Below are positions 40,530 to 49,698 of a DNA stretch of 64,000 nt, one piece after another. The stretch is from Candidatus Heimdallarchaeota archaeon. Lineage in GTDB: Archaea > Asgardarchaeota > Heimdallarchaeia > JABLTI01. Each line of letters opens with the position of its first letter. Position 1 is the first letter of the stretch. The translations under genes and the position numbers were made by a program. The notes under the pieces were generated by a model. It saw nothing but the letters and a program-made list of their open reading frames with translations. It searched no databases and had not been told where the DNA came from. The stretch spans positions 34,780 to 98,779 of the forward strand of contig JAHLVW010000074.1 in the NCBI GenBank assembly GCA_019058275.1. The letters run 5' to 3'.

Positions 40530-40616
40530 TTTATTTCAAAAAGTTTGGGTTTTTAAGTTAAAATTTAGAATATTTTATGAGTTAACAGTTCAGAAAATAC
40601 CATTTGGGAATGTAAG

Positions 40617-40859
40617 TTGTTGATGCATAACATTGAAAATTTTTCTAAAGCAAAAAGATCAGAAAAAATTACAGTTGAGCATAAAAAAAACATTAAATTC
40701 AAAGAAATTCAGTGCCCTCAAAGTAATTCAAAACTTATTGTATCAAACTGTTACAAATGTCAACGCAGCCAAAAAATCCAAAGTACTCACGAATCAAGAA
40801 GAACTTTAACTTCTATGATTTGTATTTATGGAACCAAATCAGAAGGAGGGTTTGAATGA
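40617..40859 (+). CDS. Small Cys-rich (putative Zn-binding) protein
   Basis: CP..., CYKC, C.Y. Overlaps the next gene by 4 bp (ATGA). Confidence 0.5.
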   Translation: MLMHNIENFSKAKRSEKITVEHKKNIKFKEIQCPQSNSKLIVSNCYKCQRSQKIQSTHESRRTLTSMICIYGTKSEGGFE

Positions 40860-41995
40860 CATTTAATCCACAACTTCTAAAAAATAATAGTAGGAATGTA
40901 AAATTGCAATCAGAGAATAAGGTGTCGGTTTGTTTCGCAACATTTGATGATACAATTGGTCCTATAAGTGCTTATTATAAGTTTTTAGATGATCAATCTG
41001 CAAATGAAATAGCTGTTAAAGTAATGATAGGTTCTTTATCATTACACACAGATGATAATAGTGAGCTTTGTGGTGAGTCAATTATTCCCTTTAGCAAGCA
41101 AAATATGATTGCCTTTTCATATTTATTCACAATTCCTGCTCCAAAACTGAGAGGTGGTCAAAGATCTTGCTCATTAATTGTTCTTATGGATACAAAAGAA
41201 CAACTTCAAATGTATAGAATAGCACCATTTCTCTCTACACAATGCAAGAGAGTTAGCAATTTAATCCGAGAGAAATATGTTTTCGGCAAATCATTGCCAA
41301 ATCTAGTTAAACAAAAAATTGATTCTCTGTTAGACATTCAATCATATAAAGTAGAAATTGAAGAGTTCTATGCGTCTAGAAAAATAACAATAACTAAATC
41401 AAAGACTAAAGGTAGTATGCAGTTTCTAAATAAGGTCATAAAAAAGGATCTAGACAAAGCAATTATGGCTATTTTAATTGGGAGACCTGTAATTGTGACA
41501 GGAGATGAAGTAATGACCGAAATTGCTATTGCAAGTCTCGAGATTTTTGCCCCACATAAAGAACTAAAAAAGGTTTTTTGGACAAATCAAATCGTAGAAG
41601 CTGATTTAATTGGAACAAAAAGGAATATTGCTAAAGCATATGATGATGCTGTTGTAGTTGATCTATTAAAGGGCAAAGTATCAGGTGGAGAATCGAGTAA
41701 ATTCTGCAAAGATTTACTATCAAATCTTCATGGTATAGATGAAAAAGCTGTAGTTCAAAGGGTAAATGACAAAATTAGTGAAATAATCACAAGTGCAAGT
41801 ATACTAGCTGAATTAGCAATGAGAAAAGAAGTATCAAAGGGTGACATTAGTACTGTTGCACCTATGTTTAACAGTGAAAAAATGAGCATTATTGTTACTA
41901 TAGCAAAGAGCATGAATCCCATTTTTTCGAAAAAGATGGATCATTTAGCACCAATAATTGCCAGAGAAGCAAGCACATATGATGTTTTCGCATAA
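40856..41995 (+). CDS. DENN-like protein (uDENN/longin plus cDENN)
   Basis: ATFDDTIGP longin motif, PAPKLRGGQR, AILIGRPVIVTG cDENN motif. Confidence 0.7.
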   Translation: MTFNPQLLKNNSRNVKLQSENKVSVCFATFDDTIGPISAYYKFLDDQSANEIAVKVMIGSLSLHTDDNSELCGESIIPFSKQNMIAFSYLFTIPAPKLRGGQRSCSLIVLMDTKEQLQMYRIAPFLSTQCKRVSNLIREKYVFGKSLPNLVKQKIDSLLDIQSYKVEIEEFYASRKITITKSKTKGSMQFLNKVIKKDLDKAIMAILIGRPVIVTGDEVMTEIAIASLEIFAPHKELKKVFWTNQIVEADLIGTKRNIAKAYDDAVVVDLLKGKVSGGESSKFCKDLLSNLHGIDEKAVVQRVNDKISEIITSASILAELAMRKEVSKGDISTVAPMFNSEKMSIIVTIAKSMNPIFSKKMDHLAPIIAREASTYDVFA

Positions 41996-42014
41996 TTAAG
42001 AGATGAATTTTATC

Positions 42015-42863
42015 TCATTTAGCTTTTTCTAATAATTTCCTTAAATATTCCAAATTCCCTTTACCATCTCGTCTTTCATCAACAGGTGTTTCACAAATAA
42101 AGGGGATTTTTCTAAGTTTTTTTTCTTTTAGCAGTAATTTAAATCCTATTTCACCAATTTTACCTAAACCAATGTGCTCATGTCTGTCTCTTCCTTCACC
42201 TAAGTCAAATTTTGCATCATTTGCATGTATTAATACTAGTTTATTCAAACCAATACAGTTATCTATCTGTTCAATCAGTTTAGTAATAACAGTTTGATCT
42301 CTTAAATCATAACCAGAAGCAAATGCATGACAAGTATCCAAGCATAAACCGAGTTTATTTTGGACATCTGTTTTGGTAATAATATTACAAATATCATCAA
42401 TGTTTGATCCTAATGATTCATTCTTTCCAGCAGTATTCTCGAGCAAAATTATTGCTTTTCCCTCGTAATTTGCAATTGCATTATTCAAAGATCGAATTAC
42501 TTTTTCTATGCCTTTGTCCTTACCAGTTGTCTTGGGACTGCCTAGATGGGTAACAATATAGGGGATTTCAAGTAAATCACATCTATTTAGCTCCTCTTTT
42601 AAAGAAAAAATCGATTTTTCCCACATTTCAGGATCAGGACTAGCTAAATTTGGCAGATATGGCATATGTGCAAAGACTGGTTTAAGATCTGAGCTTGAAA
42701 TATTCGTTTTAAACTCCAAAATCCTTTCATTTGTTAATTCTTTTGATACCCAACTACGTGGATTTCGAGTAAAAATTTGAAAAGTGTCACACCTTAAATC
42801 TATAGCTCTTGGGATTGACTTAGCTATTGAACCTGAAATTGATATATGGGCACCAAATCTCAT
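42015..42863 (-). CDS. nfo: Endonuclease IV
   Basis: GAHIS, QIFTRNPR, HMPYLPNL, LLENTAG, DTCHAF, HANDAK, DRHEHIG, ETP. Confidence 0.95.
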   Translation of the reverse strand: MRFGAHISISGSIAKSIPRAIDLRCDTFQIFTRNPRSWVSKELTNERILEFKTNISSSDLKPVFAHMPYLPNLASPDPEMWEKSIFSLKEELNRCDLLEIPYIVTHLGSPKTTGKDKGIEKVIRSLNNAIANYEGKAIILLENTAGKNESLGSNIDDICNIITKTDVQNKLGLCLDTCHAFASGYDLRDQTVITKLIEQIDNCIGLNKLVLIHANDAKFDLGEGRDRHEHIGLGKIGEIGFKLLLKEKKLRKIPFICETPVDERRDGKGNLEYLRKLLEKAK

Positions 42864-43295
42864 ATTTTCACTATCTTATAAATTTTGATTCATTAAATCT
42901 TCCAAATAAGTCACCAATTAATTAATTTTTTACATTACTTTGATTTAATATCACAAACCTATTATTATTTTTTCAAATACGCGTTAATATAAATCGTTAA
43001 AATTAAAATATTTTAGTCAATTATAAAAAAATCAAATAAAGCAATTTAGTAAAAAATGATTTTTTTGACCAAAATATTCGCATTTTTTTCAACAGAAAAA
43101 TTCCTAAAAAGCAAATTAATCAACAATAGAAACTTCTATTTTCGTATATATAGAGAACTTTTTCGCATATTATGACGCGTTTTCATAGTATTTTTTAGTC
43201 GTAAAAGAAATGTTTAAATGTGTCATAGTTAAATAAAGATTAGAAATTGGTTAAAAGCTAGTTTTATACCAAAAATAAACAGGAGATATATAAAA

Positions 43296-44237
43296 ATGGC
43301 AACACTTCAATTATTCTGTGGCGAACTATTATCAGATATGATGCGCGCTTCCGCAAATCTACTGAAAAAGTATCGCAGACACTTAAATGCAATAAATGTT
43401 TTTCCAGTTGCTGACGGTGACACAGGAGCAAACATGTACTTAACAGTAGAGGCTATTATAGAAGAATTAGATAATAATAAAGCCTTAAACACAATAGAAA
43501 CAGCACAATTAATTGCCCGTGGATCATTCATGGGTGCAACTGGAAATTCAGGGGTTATATTATCACAGTTTTTTGGTGGATTTAGTAATTCTCTGGATAA
43601 TTATAACGAAATAGGACCTACAGAATTCTCACAAGCTTTTGTTGATGGCGCAGCAAAAGCATATGAAGCAGTTCTTAATCCACAAGAAGGAACCATTTTA
43701 ACCGTAATAAGAAAGTCAGCTGAAGCAGCAAGTTTAGCTGCAAAAAATGGCTCTAGTTTCTTAGATATGCTAGATACATCATATGAAGCTGCACAAGGAA
43801 CCCTTGAAAAAACACCAGAATTACTACCAGTGCTCAAAAAAGCAGGAGTAGTAGACGCTGGAGGACAAGGATTCGTCTATATTATGGAAGGATGGATTAA
43901 AACCTTCAAGAATGAAGATCTTGATGATGTCGGTGAAGTAGCTGAAGTTAAAGCAATAGCTCGCGATACAGAAGAAGATGATGAATATCAATTCTGTACA
44001 GAGTTTATCATTGAATCAGATGATCTAACAGCAGAATTCGCAAGAGAAATGCTTGGGATCATGGGTGGATCATTAGTAGTAGCAAAGAATGATAATATGA
44101 TACGAGTCCACATACATACAAATGAACCAAAAGTACTAATAAAACGATGCAAAGAACATGGTGCAATATCCCGACTCAAGATTGACGACATGTCAAAACA
44201 ACACAGAGAATTCTTATTCGTAGAAGAAGCAAGCTAA
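43296..44237 (+). CDS. fakA: Fatty acid kinase FakA-like (DAK2 plus middle domain, no C-terminal domain)
   Basis: NVFPVADGDTGANM, GNSGVILSQ, EGTILTV, GVVDAGGQG, FCTEF, VHIHTNEP. Confidence 0.85.
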   Translation: MATLQLFCGELLSDMMRASANLLKKYRRHLNAINVFPVADGDTGANMYLTVEAIIEELDNNKALNTIETAQLIARGSFMGATGNSGVILSQFFGGFSNSLDNYNEIGPTEFSQAFVDGAAKAYEAVLNPQEGTILTVIRKSAEAASLAAKNGSSFLDMLDTSYEAAQGTLEKTPELLPVLKKAGVVDAGGQGFVYIMEGWIKTFKNEDLDDVGEVAEVKAIARDTEEDDEYQFCTEFIIESDDLTAEFAREMLGIMGGSLVVAKNDNMIRVHIHTNEPKVLIKRCKEHGAISRLKIDDMSKQHREFLFVEEAS

Positions 44238-44255
44238 AATTAGAAATAGAAATAA

Positions 44256-44278
44256 ATTTCCTCCTTTTTGGAGGAAAT
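44256..44278 (+). terminator. Hairpin between fakA and degV
   Basis: ATTTCCTCC-TTTTT-GGAGGAAAT, followed shortly by a T-tract. Confidence 0.5.
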
Positions 44279-44358
44279 AACACTCTTTTTTTTATCAAAT
44301 ACTTTTATTATTGCAATAGTGCTAAATGCTAATGTTAATGGTTTGAGGAAAGTAGGCA

Positions 44359-45201
44359 TTGCAAAAGGTCAAGATAGTAACTGATAGTACATGCGATTTG
44401 CCAGATAAAATAGTGGAAGAATTAGCGATAATAGTCGTACCATTAAAGGTCTTTATGGATGATGCGACATTTACTGCAGGAATTGACCTTACAGCAGAAG
44501 AATTCTATGATAAAATGCCTTTCCTAAGAGATACCCCATCAACAACCCCTCCATCACCAGCCCTGTTTTTCGAAGCGTATGAAGACGCTGCAAGTGAAGC
44601 GGAAACAATAGTCTCAATACATATCTCAAGACGAATGAGTTTTACAATATAATCAGCAGAACAAGCCAGAAGCATGTTACCTATGATGGATATCAGGATT
44701 TTCGACTCCTTTACTACAGGAGCATCATTAGGACTGGTAGTATTAATGGCAGCATGGGCAGTAAATGAAGGGTTAACTATGGACGAAGTATGCGACATAG
44801 TAAAGATTGCGGTAGAACAAGTGAGAGTAATAGGCTTTCCAAGCACGTTAAAGTATCTAGTAAAAGGAGGAAGAATAGGAAGAGCACGAGGATTAGTAGG
44901 GAGATTATTAGGAAGAGTGCCAATACTAACAATAGCTGAAGGCGAAACATCAAGCTTAACAACAGTTCCAGGAGCAGAGGGAGCAATGGATTGGATGATA
45001 GAACACCTGAAAGAAGAAGGATTGGATAGTACATCAATAATAGCATTGACGCATGGAAACATGCCAAATGTAGCGGAAGTATTCAGAAGAAGAGTGGAAG
45101 GAACATTTGGGTGCAGAGTGCAGTACATAGGATTGGTAGGACCAGTAGTAGGGAGCCATTTAGGACCAGGATCACTGTTCTTCACATATATCAAAAAGTA
45201 G
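44359..45201 (+). pseudogene. fakB: DegV/FakB fatty-acid-binding protein interrupted by one in-frame TAA (44650-44652)
   Basis: KIVTDSTCDL, STTPPSP, IHIS..MS.T.*SA, DSFTT, LVKGGRI, GSHLGPG. Both ORF-track pieces are in the same frame, 281 codons in total. Confidence 0.8.
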
Positions 45202-45269
45202 TAAGTATTAGCGGAACTCTTTTAAAAAACAATAAAATAATTGAATGAAACAGGATGTAATGTAAAAAA

Positions 45270-45989
45270 ATGGCAATACATGAAGCAGTAGTATACGTAT
45301 TAGTTCTAATAGGAGGTTATTTGGTAGGAAGCTTTCCAACGGGATGGGTATTAGGAAAGGTAATGAAAGGAATAGATATTAGAGATTATGGGAGCGGGAA
45401 TACTGGCTTTTCAAATGTCTATAGGCTAATAGGGAAAAAAGCAGCTGCCTTAACAATCATAGGTGATGTAGTAATTAAAGGAGGAGTACTAGCTTGGGCA
45501 GCAAGACTGATAGTAGGATTAGTGGTAATACAACCAGATCCAATAAAAGTGTACACTTTCGGTTTTACAGATCTAGTAGGACAAGCAATAGTAGTTGGGG
45601 CAGGAATAATGTCAGTATTAGGACACAACTATCCTGTGTGGCTAAAATTTAAGGGTGGGAAAGGCATGGCAACTACTGCAGGAGTATTCCTTAATTTCGT
45701 ACCAGTATCAACAGTTGGGTTAGCTGTAGTGTGGTTTATCATTGTTTTTACAACAAGATATACCTCGTTAGCAAATGTGGTTACTACTCCAACTTTGCCA
45801 ATATTCATCTTTCTAGAGACCTACTATATAATGAAGTTTGATATTATAACATGCATACCACTCATAATCGGAGGTTTCTTAGCAGGAGTTTTCATTCTCT
45901 TCCGACACAGAGATAATATTAAACGACTCATTACAAAAGAAGAAAGGAAATTTGGCGATAAATCCGAAAGAATAGAAGAAAGTGCTTAA
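45270..45989 (+). CDS. plsY: Acyl-phosphate:glycerol-3-phosphate acyltransferase
   Basis: YLVGSFPTG, DIRDYGSGNTGFSN (motif 1), GHNYP..LKFKGGKGMAT (motif 2), RHRDNIKRL (motif 3). Confidence 0.92.
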   Translation: MAIHEAVVYVLVLIGGYLVGSFPTGWVLGKVMKGIDIRDYGSGNTGFSNVYRLIGKKAAALTIIGDVVIKGGVLAWAARLIVGLVVIQPDPIKVYTFGFTDLVGQAIVVGAGIMSVLGHNYPVWLKFKGGKGMATTAGVFLNFVPVSTVGLAVVWFIIVFTTRYTSLANVVTTPTLPIFIFLETYYIMKFDIITCIPLIIGGFLAGVFILFRHRDNIKRLITKEERKFGDKSERIEESA

Positions 45990-46104
45990 CTCGACAAAAA
46001 TCACTTTCAACTCTTCTTTGTGTGCAATTATTTTTCATCATTTCTGTATATGTACTAGATTTTAGATTATACTTTGAGAATTAAATAATGGTGAAACTAA
46101 AAAA

Positions 46105-46251
46105 ATGAGAAAAATTAATCCTAAAATCCTCGGCATAACATTTATGATCTTATCAATGCTTGTAGCTGGTGGTTTTGCAGTAAAAAATACCATAGCACCT
46201 GGTGGAGTAGGATTAACTGATGACTCAAATCCAGGAAATGGAGGCGAATAA
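46105..46251 (+). CDS. 48-aa putative secreted peptide precursor, copy A
   Basis: Not in the ORF track. MRKINPKILGITFMILSMLVAGGFAVKNTIAPGGVGLTDDSNPGNGGE*, with GGTGA SD. Paralogue of 48116-48262. Confidence 0.8.
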   Translation: MRKINPKILGITFMILSMLVAGGFAVKNTIAPGGVGLTDDSNPGNGGE

Positions 46252-46356
46252 TTCCTCTTTTCCATTATTTTTATTTCAGATATTTTTGTTTCCTTAGATT
46301 TTGGTCTATGTGTAGAAAACTTAAAATGCATTCTTTCGAAAATAGTTTAGATTAAT

Positions 46357-48087
46357 TTGACTGCTTTCAAAATTCCAAATGAAATAAGGCGAGAAATACA
46401 ACTAGTTATTGATGATATTAAAGAAAAAACTTGTTGGAAGCCATTAAGAAATCTTGAAGCATCAAAAATTGAGTTAGGAGATACATCAGAATTTTATGAT
46501 AGTTTTGGAGTAAATAGATTTAATACTAAAATTATTTTTGGTAATTGGATTAATAAAATAAAGCCAGATTATTCAAGGGAGAATATATGGGAAGCTGTCA
46601 TCATAAGGGAAGCATTTTCATATTTCATTAATGAAAATTTATTATTTAACAATCTCAAAGAATTAACGAATTTATTTTTAAACATTTTAATAATCAGCTA
46701 TCTGTTAAAGAAATATAGTGATAAAACAAAGTATCTTAAGATTTCATCAATAAGATATCGTTTTAGAGCTGAACCAGATGGATTACACGAGAAAGAGAAG
46801 ATACTTTTTCTCAAAATTAGTTCGCTTCTTGATGAAATTATCAATCAAGGAATTACATATAAATTAATTTTAGAAACTTATTTGCATTTAGTGGAAGATT
46901 ATTCAGAGGAAGACTTCGATATTGAGGAATTAATCGATGATTTCTCGCGTTTTATTTCAAGTAGTCCTGAAGAAATTGCAGCTCCATTAAATTTCAGAAA
47001 AAGAATGACTGAAATTTTAAGAGAATTAATCTTTGGGGGTTATAAAACATCCGCATTGAAAATCGCTGAAAATCTTGAAATAAACCAATCTACTGTTTCT
47101 AGACAAATAAACAAGATCGTATCTAGGTTTTATGCAAAATGGAGACCAATGAAAAATTGGAAGAAATTAGGTTTATATCCACATATAGTTATCATTCGAT
47201 TTAAAAAAACTGATAATAAGAAAATAAATAGTATTTCAAAAGAACTATTAAAAATTAGATATATTCACCAAATCTATGAAGGTGTAAATTGGGATTATTT
47301 TTATTTATACAGCATTGTTAATTGTCCTCTTATAGTCATTAATTCTATAGAAAATAAACTCATTAACTTAGCAAAAAACAATCAAATACTTTCTTTTGAC
47401 ATTAAATCTATTCTAAGTAGATTAGATAGAACTGCAATATCGAGTAAATCAATTAAACCTACATTGAAAAATTTTGAAGCTTTAATTGAGAATAAAATTC
47501 CAATTGAAAAAATAGCTATATGGAAATCAAGTTGGTTTCATGAAGATGATTTAGAAAATTTAGATAAATCGGATGAAAATATATTACGATTTCTTTCAGT
47601 TTTAAAATCAAATTCTATAACAAGTTATTCAGTTATTGGTTGTTGGGTTCCAGAAGCAAAAAAAATGTTAAAAGATAATGGTTATGACCTAAAGAACGTT
47701 CATGATTGTATGAACTTCTTTAATAAACTACAAAATACAGCTATGCAGAGGAATATACTAAGTTATAGATTAATGATATCACTAAATACATCTTCTTCAA
47801 ATTACTTAATTATTGTTATAAAAACTGATCCAGAAAACAAAAAAGTTAAAAAACTAGTTTCAGATCTTTCATGTTTTGCTTCGATTACCTTTTTCACTTC
47901 CAATAATGAACTTATAATTTCACTTATAGGACCTGAATTTAATGACTCACTTTCAAATATTATACAAAATAGGATCAAGCAAGATTATAATGAATTTGAG
48001 ATTTTCTCAACCAATCTAAAAAATTGGCGATTTGTTCCGTATCATGAATTATATGATTTTGAAAGCAAAAAATGGTTGATTAAATAA
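46357..48087 (+). CDS. Large regulator: helical N-terminal domain, HTH, Lrp/AsnC-like modules
   Basis: HTH SALKIAENLEINQSTVSRQINKI; NWKKLGLYPHIVII; C-terminal FVPYHELYDFESKKW. Confidence 0.7.
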   Translation: MTAFKIPNEIRREIQLVIDDIKEKTCWKPLRNLEASKIELGDTSEFYDSFGVNRFNTKIIFGNWINKIKPDYSRENIWEAVIIREAFSYFINENLLFNNLKELTNLFLNILIISYLLKKYSDKTKYLKISSIRYRFRAEPDGLHEKEKILFLKISSLLDEIINQGITYKLILETYLHLVEDYSEEDFDIEELIDDFSRFISSSPEEIAAPLNFRKRMTEILRELIFGGYKTSALKIAENLEINQSTVSRQINKIVSRFYAKWRPMKNWKKLGLYPHIVIIRFKKTDNKKINSISKELLKIRYIHQIYEGVNWDYFYLYSIVNCPLIVINSIENKLINLAKNNQILSFDIKSILSRLDRTAISSKSIKPTLKNFEALIENKIPIEKIAIWKSSWFHEDDLENLDKSDENILRFLSVLKSNSITSYSVIGCWVPEAKKMLKDNGYDLKNVHDCMNFFNKLQNTAMQRNILSYRLMISLNTSSSNYLIIVIKTDPENKKVKKLVSDLSCFASITFFTSNNELIISLIGPEFNDSLSNIIQNRIKQDYNEFEIFSTNLKNWRFVPYHELYDFESKKWLIK

Positions 48088-48115
48088 AAATAAAAGAAAT
48101 GTTGAAAAGAGGCTT

Positions 48116-48262
48116 TTATTCGCCTCCATTTCCTGGATTTGAGTCATCACTTAGTCCTACTCCACCAGGTGCTATAGTATTTTTTGCTGCAAAACCACCA
48201 GCTACAAGCATTGATAAGATCATTAAGGTAATACCGAGGATTTTAGGATTGATTTTCTTCAC
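48116..48262 (-). CDS. 48-aa putative secreted peptide precursor, copy B
   Basis: GTG start behind GGAG. MKKINPKILGITLMILSMLVAGGFAAKNTIAPGGVGLSDDSNPGNGGE*, 44/48 aa identical to copy A. Confidence 0.8.
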   Translation of the reverse strand: MKKINPKILGITLMILSMLVAGGFAAKNTIAPGGVGLSDDSNPGNGGE

Positions 48263-48489
48263 GTTTTTTAGTCTCCAATTATGATTTTCAAAATAAGATT
48301 CCAAAATAGATTATATTTAAACGACGAAAGCAAAAATAATGCATAAAAAAGGACATTTTAGTGTATTTATTTATCTTCATCAAATAATGACTTCAGAAAC
48401 ATCAATGTTTTTTCTATGTTTATCTAATATCTTTTAATATTTTTTCTCAACATTTTCATCAAATTTGTAGGTGTTAATATACTCATAAT

Positions 48490-49641
48490 TTGACTTTTTA
48501 TTGGGTTGAAAACTTGTACGAAGAAAGAGCATTAACAGATTCAAAATTTCCTAAGCTGAAAGAATTTTTCACTCCAAGTACTACTTCTTGGTTTGTTTTT
48601 GGAAGTATTATACTTGCAGGTATAATTGTAAGTATTTTTCTCTGGGACTTTACTTCATCAGATATGGATGTTTGGAAACAAGCAGCAGAACTTTTGCTAA
48701 GTGGAGAGAATCCTTATGAGACTACTCTCGAGAGTTTCCAATATGAAGGAATTAAACACTTCTATGCTTATTTTCCATTATGGATGTATATTAGCTCTTT
48801 GGTTTTGCTTGGTTTCCCAGAAGGGATGTTCTTTCCGATTATTAAAGGTCTAATTCTCTTATTCGATATACAAGTAGTTGTTTTACTTTACATATTACTA
48901 AAACCAAAAGTAGAAAATGTTTGGCGACTAAAAATACCCATTGCTGTTTGGTTTATAACACCCATGGTTTTGATGACCAGTTCTATGCATGGTAAGTTTG
49001 ATTCTTTGATGTTTGTTTTCATTTTACTTGCATTCATTTTCCATGATCAAGATTATTTCTTTCTCGAGGCTTTCTTCGTTGGTTTAGCAATTCTAACTAA
49101 ACCAATTGCTTTAATTCTTGTTCCATTCTTCTTTCTTCAAAACGTTCGTGAACGCAATTTTGATAAGATTCTTGCTAAGATGGCAACAATGTTAGTCGTT
49201 GCTCTGCTGTTTAGCATTCCTTTCTTAAATGATTTAGAAACATACTTTCAAGGGGTTCTAGGTGTCCATGTTACTCGAGAGCATGATCTAGGTCCAATTT
49301 TCGCTCTACTTTCTCTACCATTTTCATCAGAAAGTGCAGATGCTATTATTCGCATGATTCTTACAGTGTTAATCATAATTGTCTGGGTTGGTTTGATCAT
49401 CCTATCTTATATCAAAGAATACGATCTCTACAAAAGTTCTTTTCTTGCATTTATTTCCTTTAATTCCCTTTATTGGGTTTTCTTGATTCAATACGGTGTT
49501 TGGTGTTATACTTTGTACATACCATTTACTTCAAAATCTAAAATGAAGCACTGGCACTTAGCACTGACTACAGGAATAATTATAGCTTTTTCAACAACAG
49601 CATTAGCTCTAATGGGAGCATTCGTAAAAAATGGTCTATAA
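48490..49641 (+). CDS. GT-C fold membrane glycosyltransferase (GT87/PIG-M-like)
   Basis: SDM.VW...A..LL.GENPY, YAYFPL, GKFD, G.AI..K motifs, about 10 TMs. Confidence 0.75.
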   Translation: MTFYWVENLYEERALTDSKFPKLKEFFTPSTTSWFVFGSIILAGIIVSIFLWDFTSSDMDVWKQAAELLLSGENPYETTLESFQYEGIKHFYAYFPLWMYISSLVLLGFPEGMFFPIIKGLILLFDIQVVVLLYILLKPKVENVWRLKIPIAVWFITPMVLMTSSMHGKFDSLMFVFILLAFIFHDQDYFFLEAFFVGLAILTKPIALILVPFFFLQNVRERNFDKILAKMATMLVVALLFSIPFLNDLETYFQGVLGVHVTREHDLGPIFALLSLPFSSESADAIIRMILTVLIIIVWVGLIILSYIKEYDLYKSSFLAFISFNSLYWVFLIQYGVWCYTLYIPFTSKSKMKHWHLALTTGIIIAFSTTALALMGAFVKNGL

Positions 49642-49698
49642 GCCAAAGGCAATAATCTTTAGGGTTTTTATTCCCAAATTGTTACATTTATTTGATTC

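Noticed and set aside
44505-45194. 229-aa antisense ORF over degV
   Set aside because: Shadow ORF caused by biased codon usage; DegV motifs are on the + strand.
46062-48284. Track ORFs 46062-46331 (-) and 48099-48284 (+), and the idea of transposon terminal repeats
   Set aside because: These ORFs are antisense shadows of the peptide genes, whose differences are synonymous in the peptide frame. The enclosed gene has no transposase motif.
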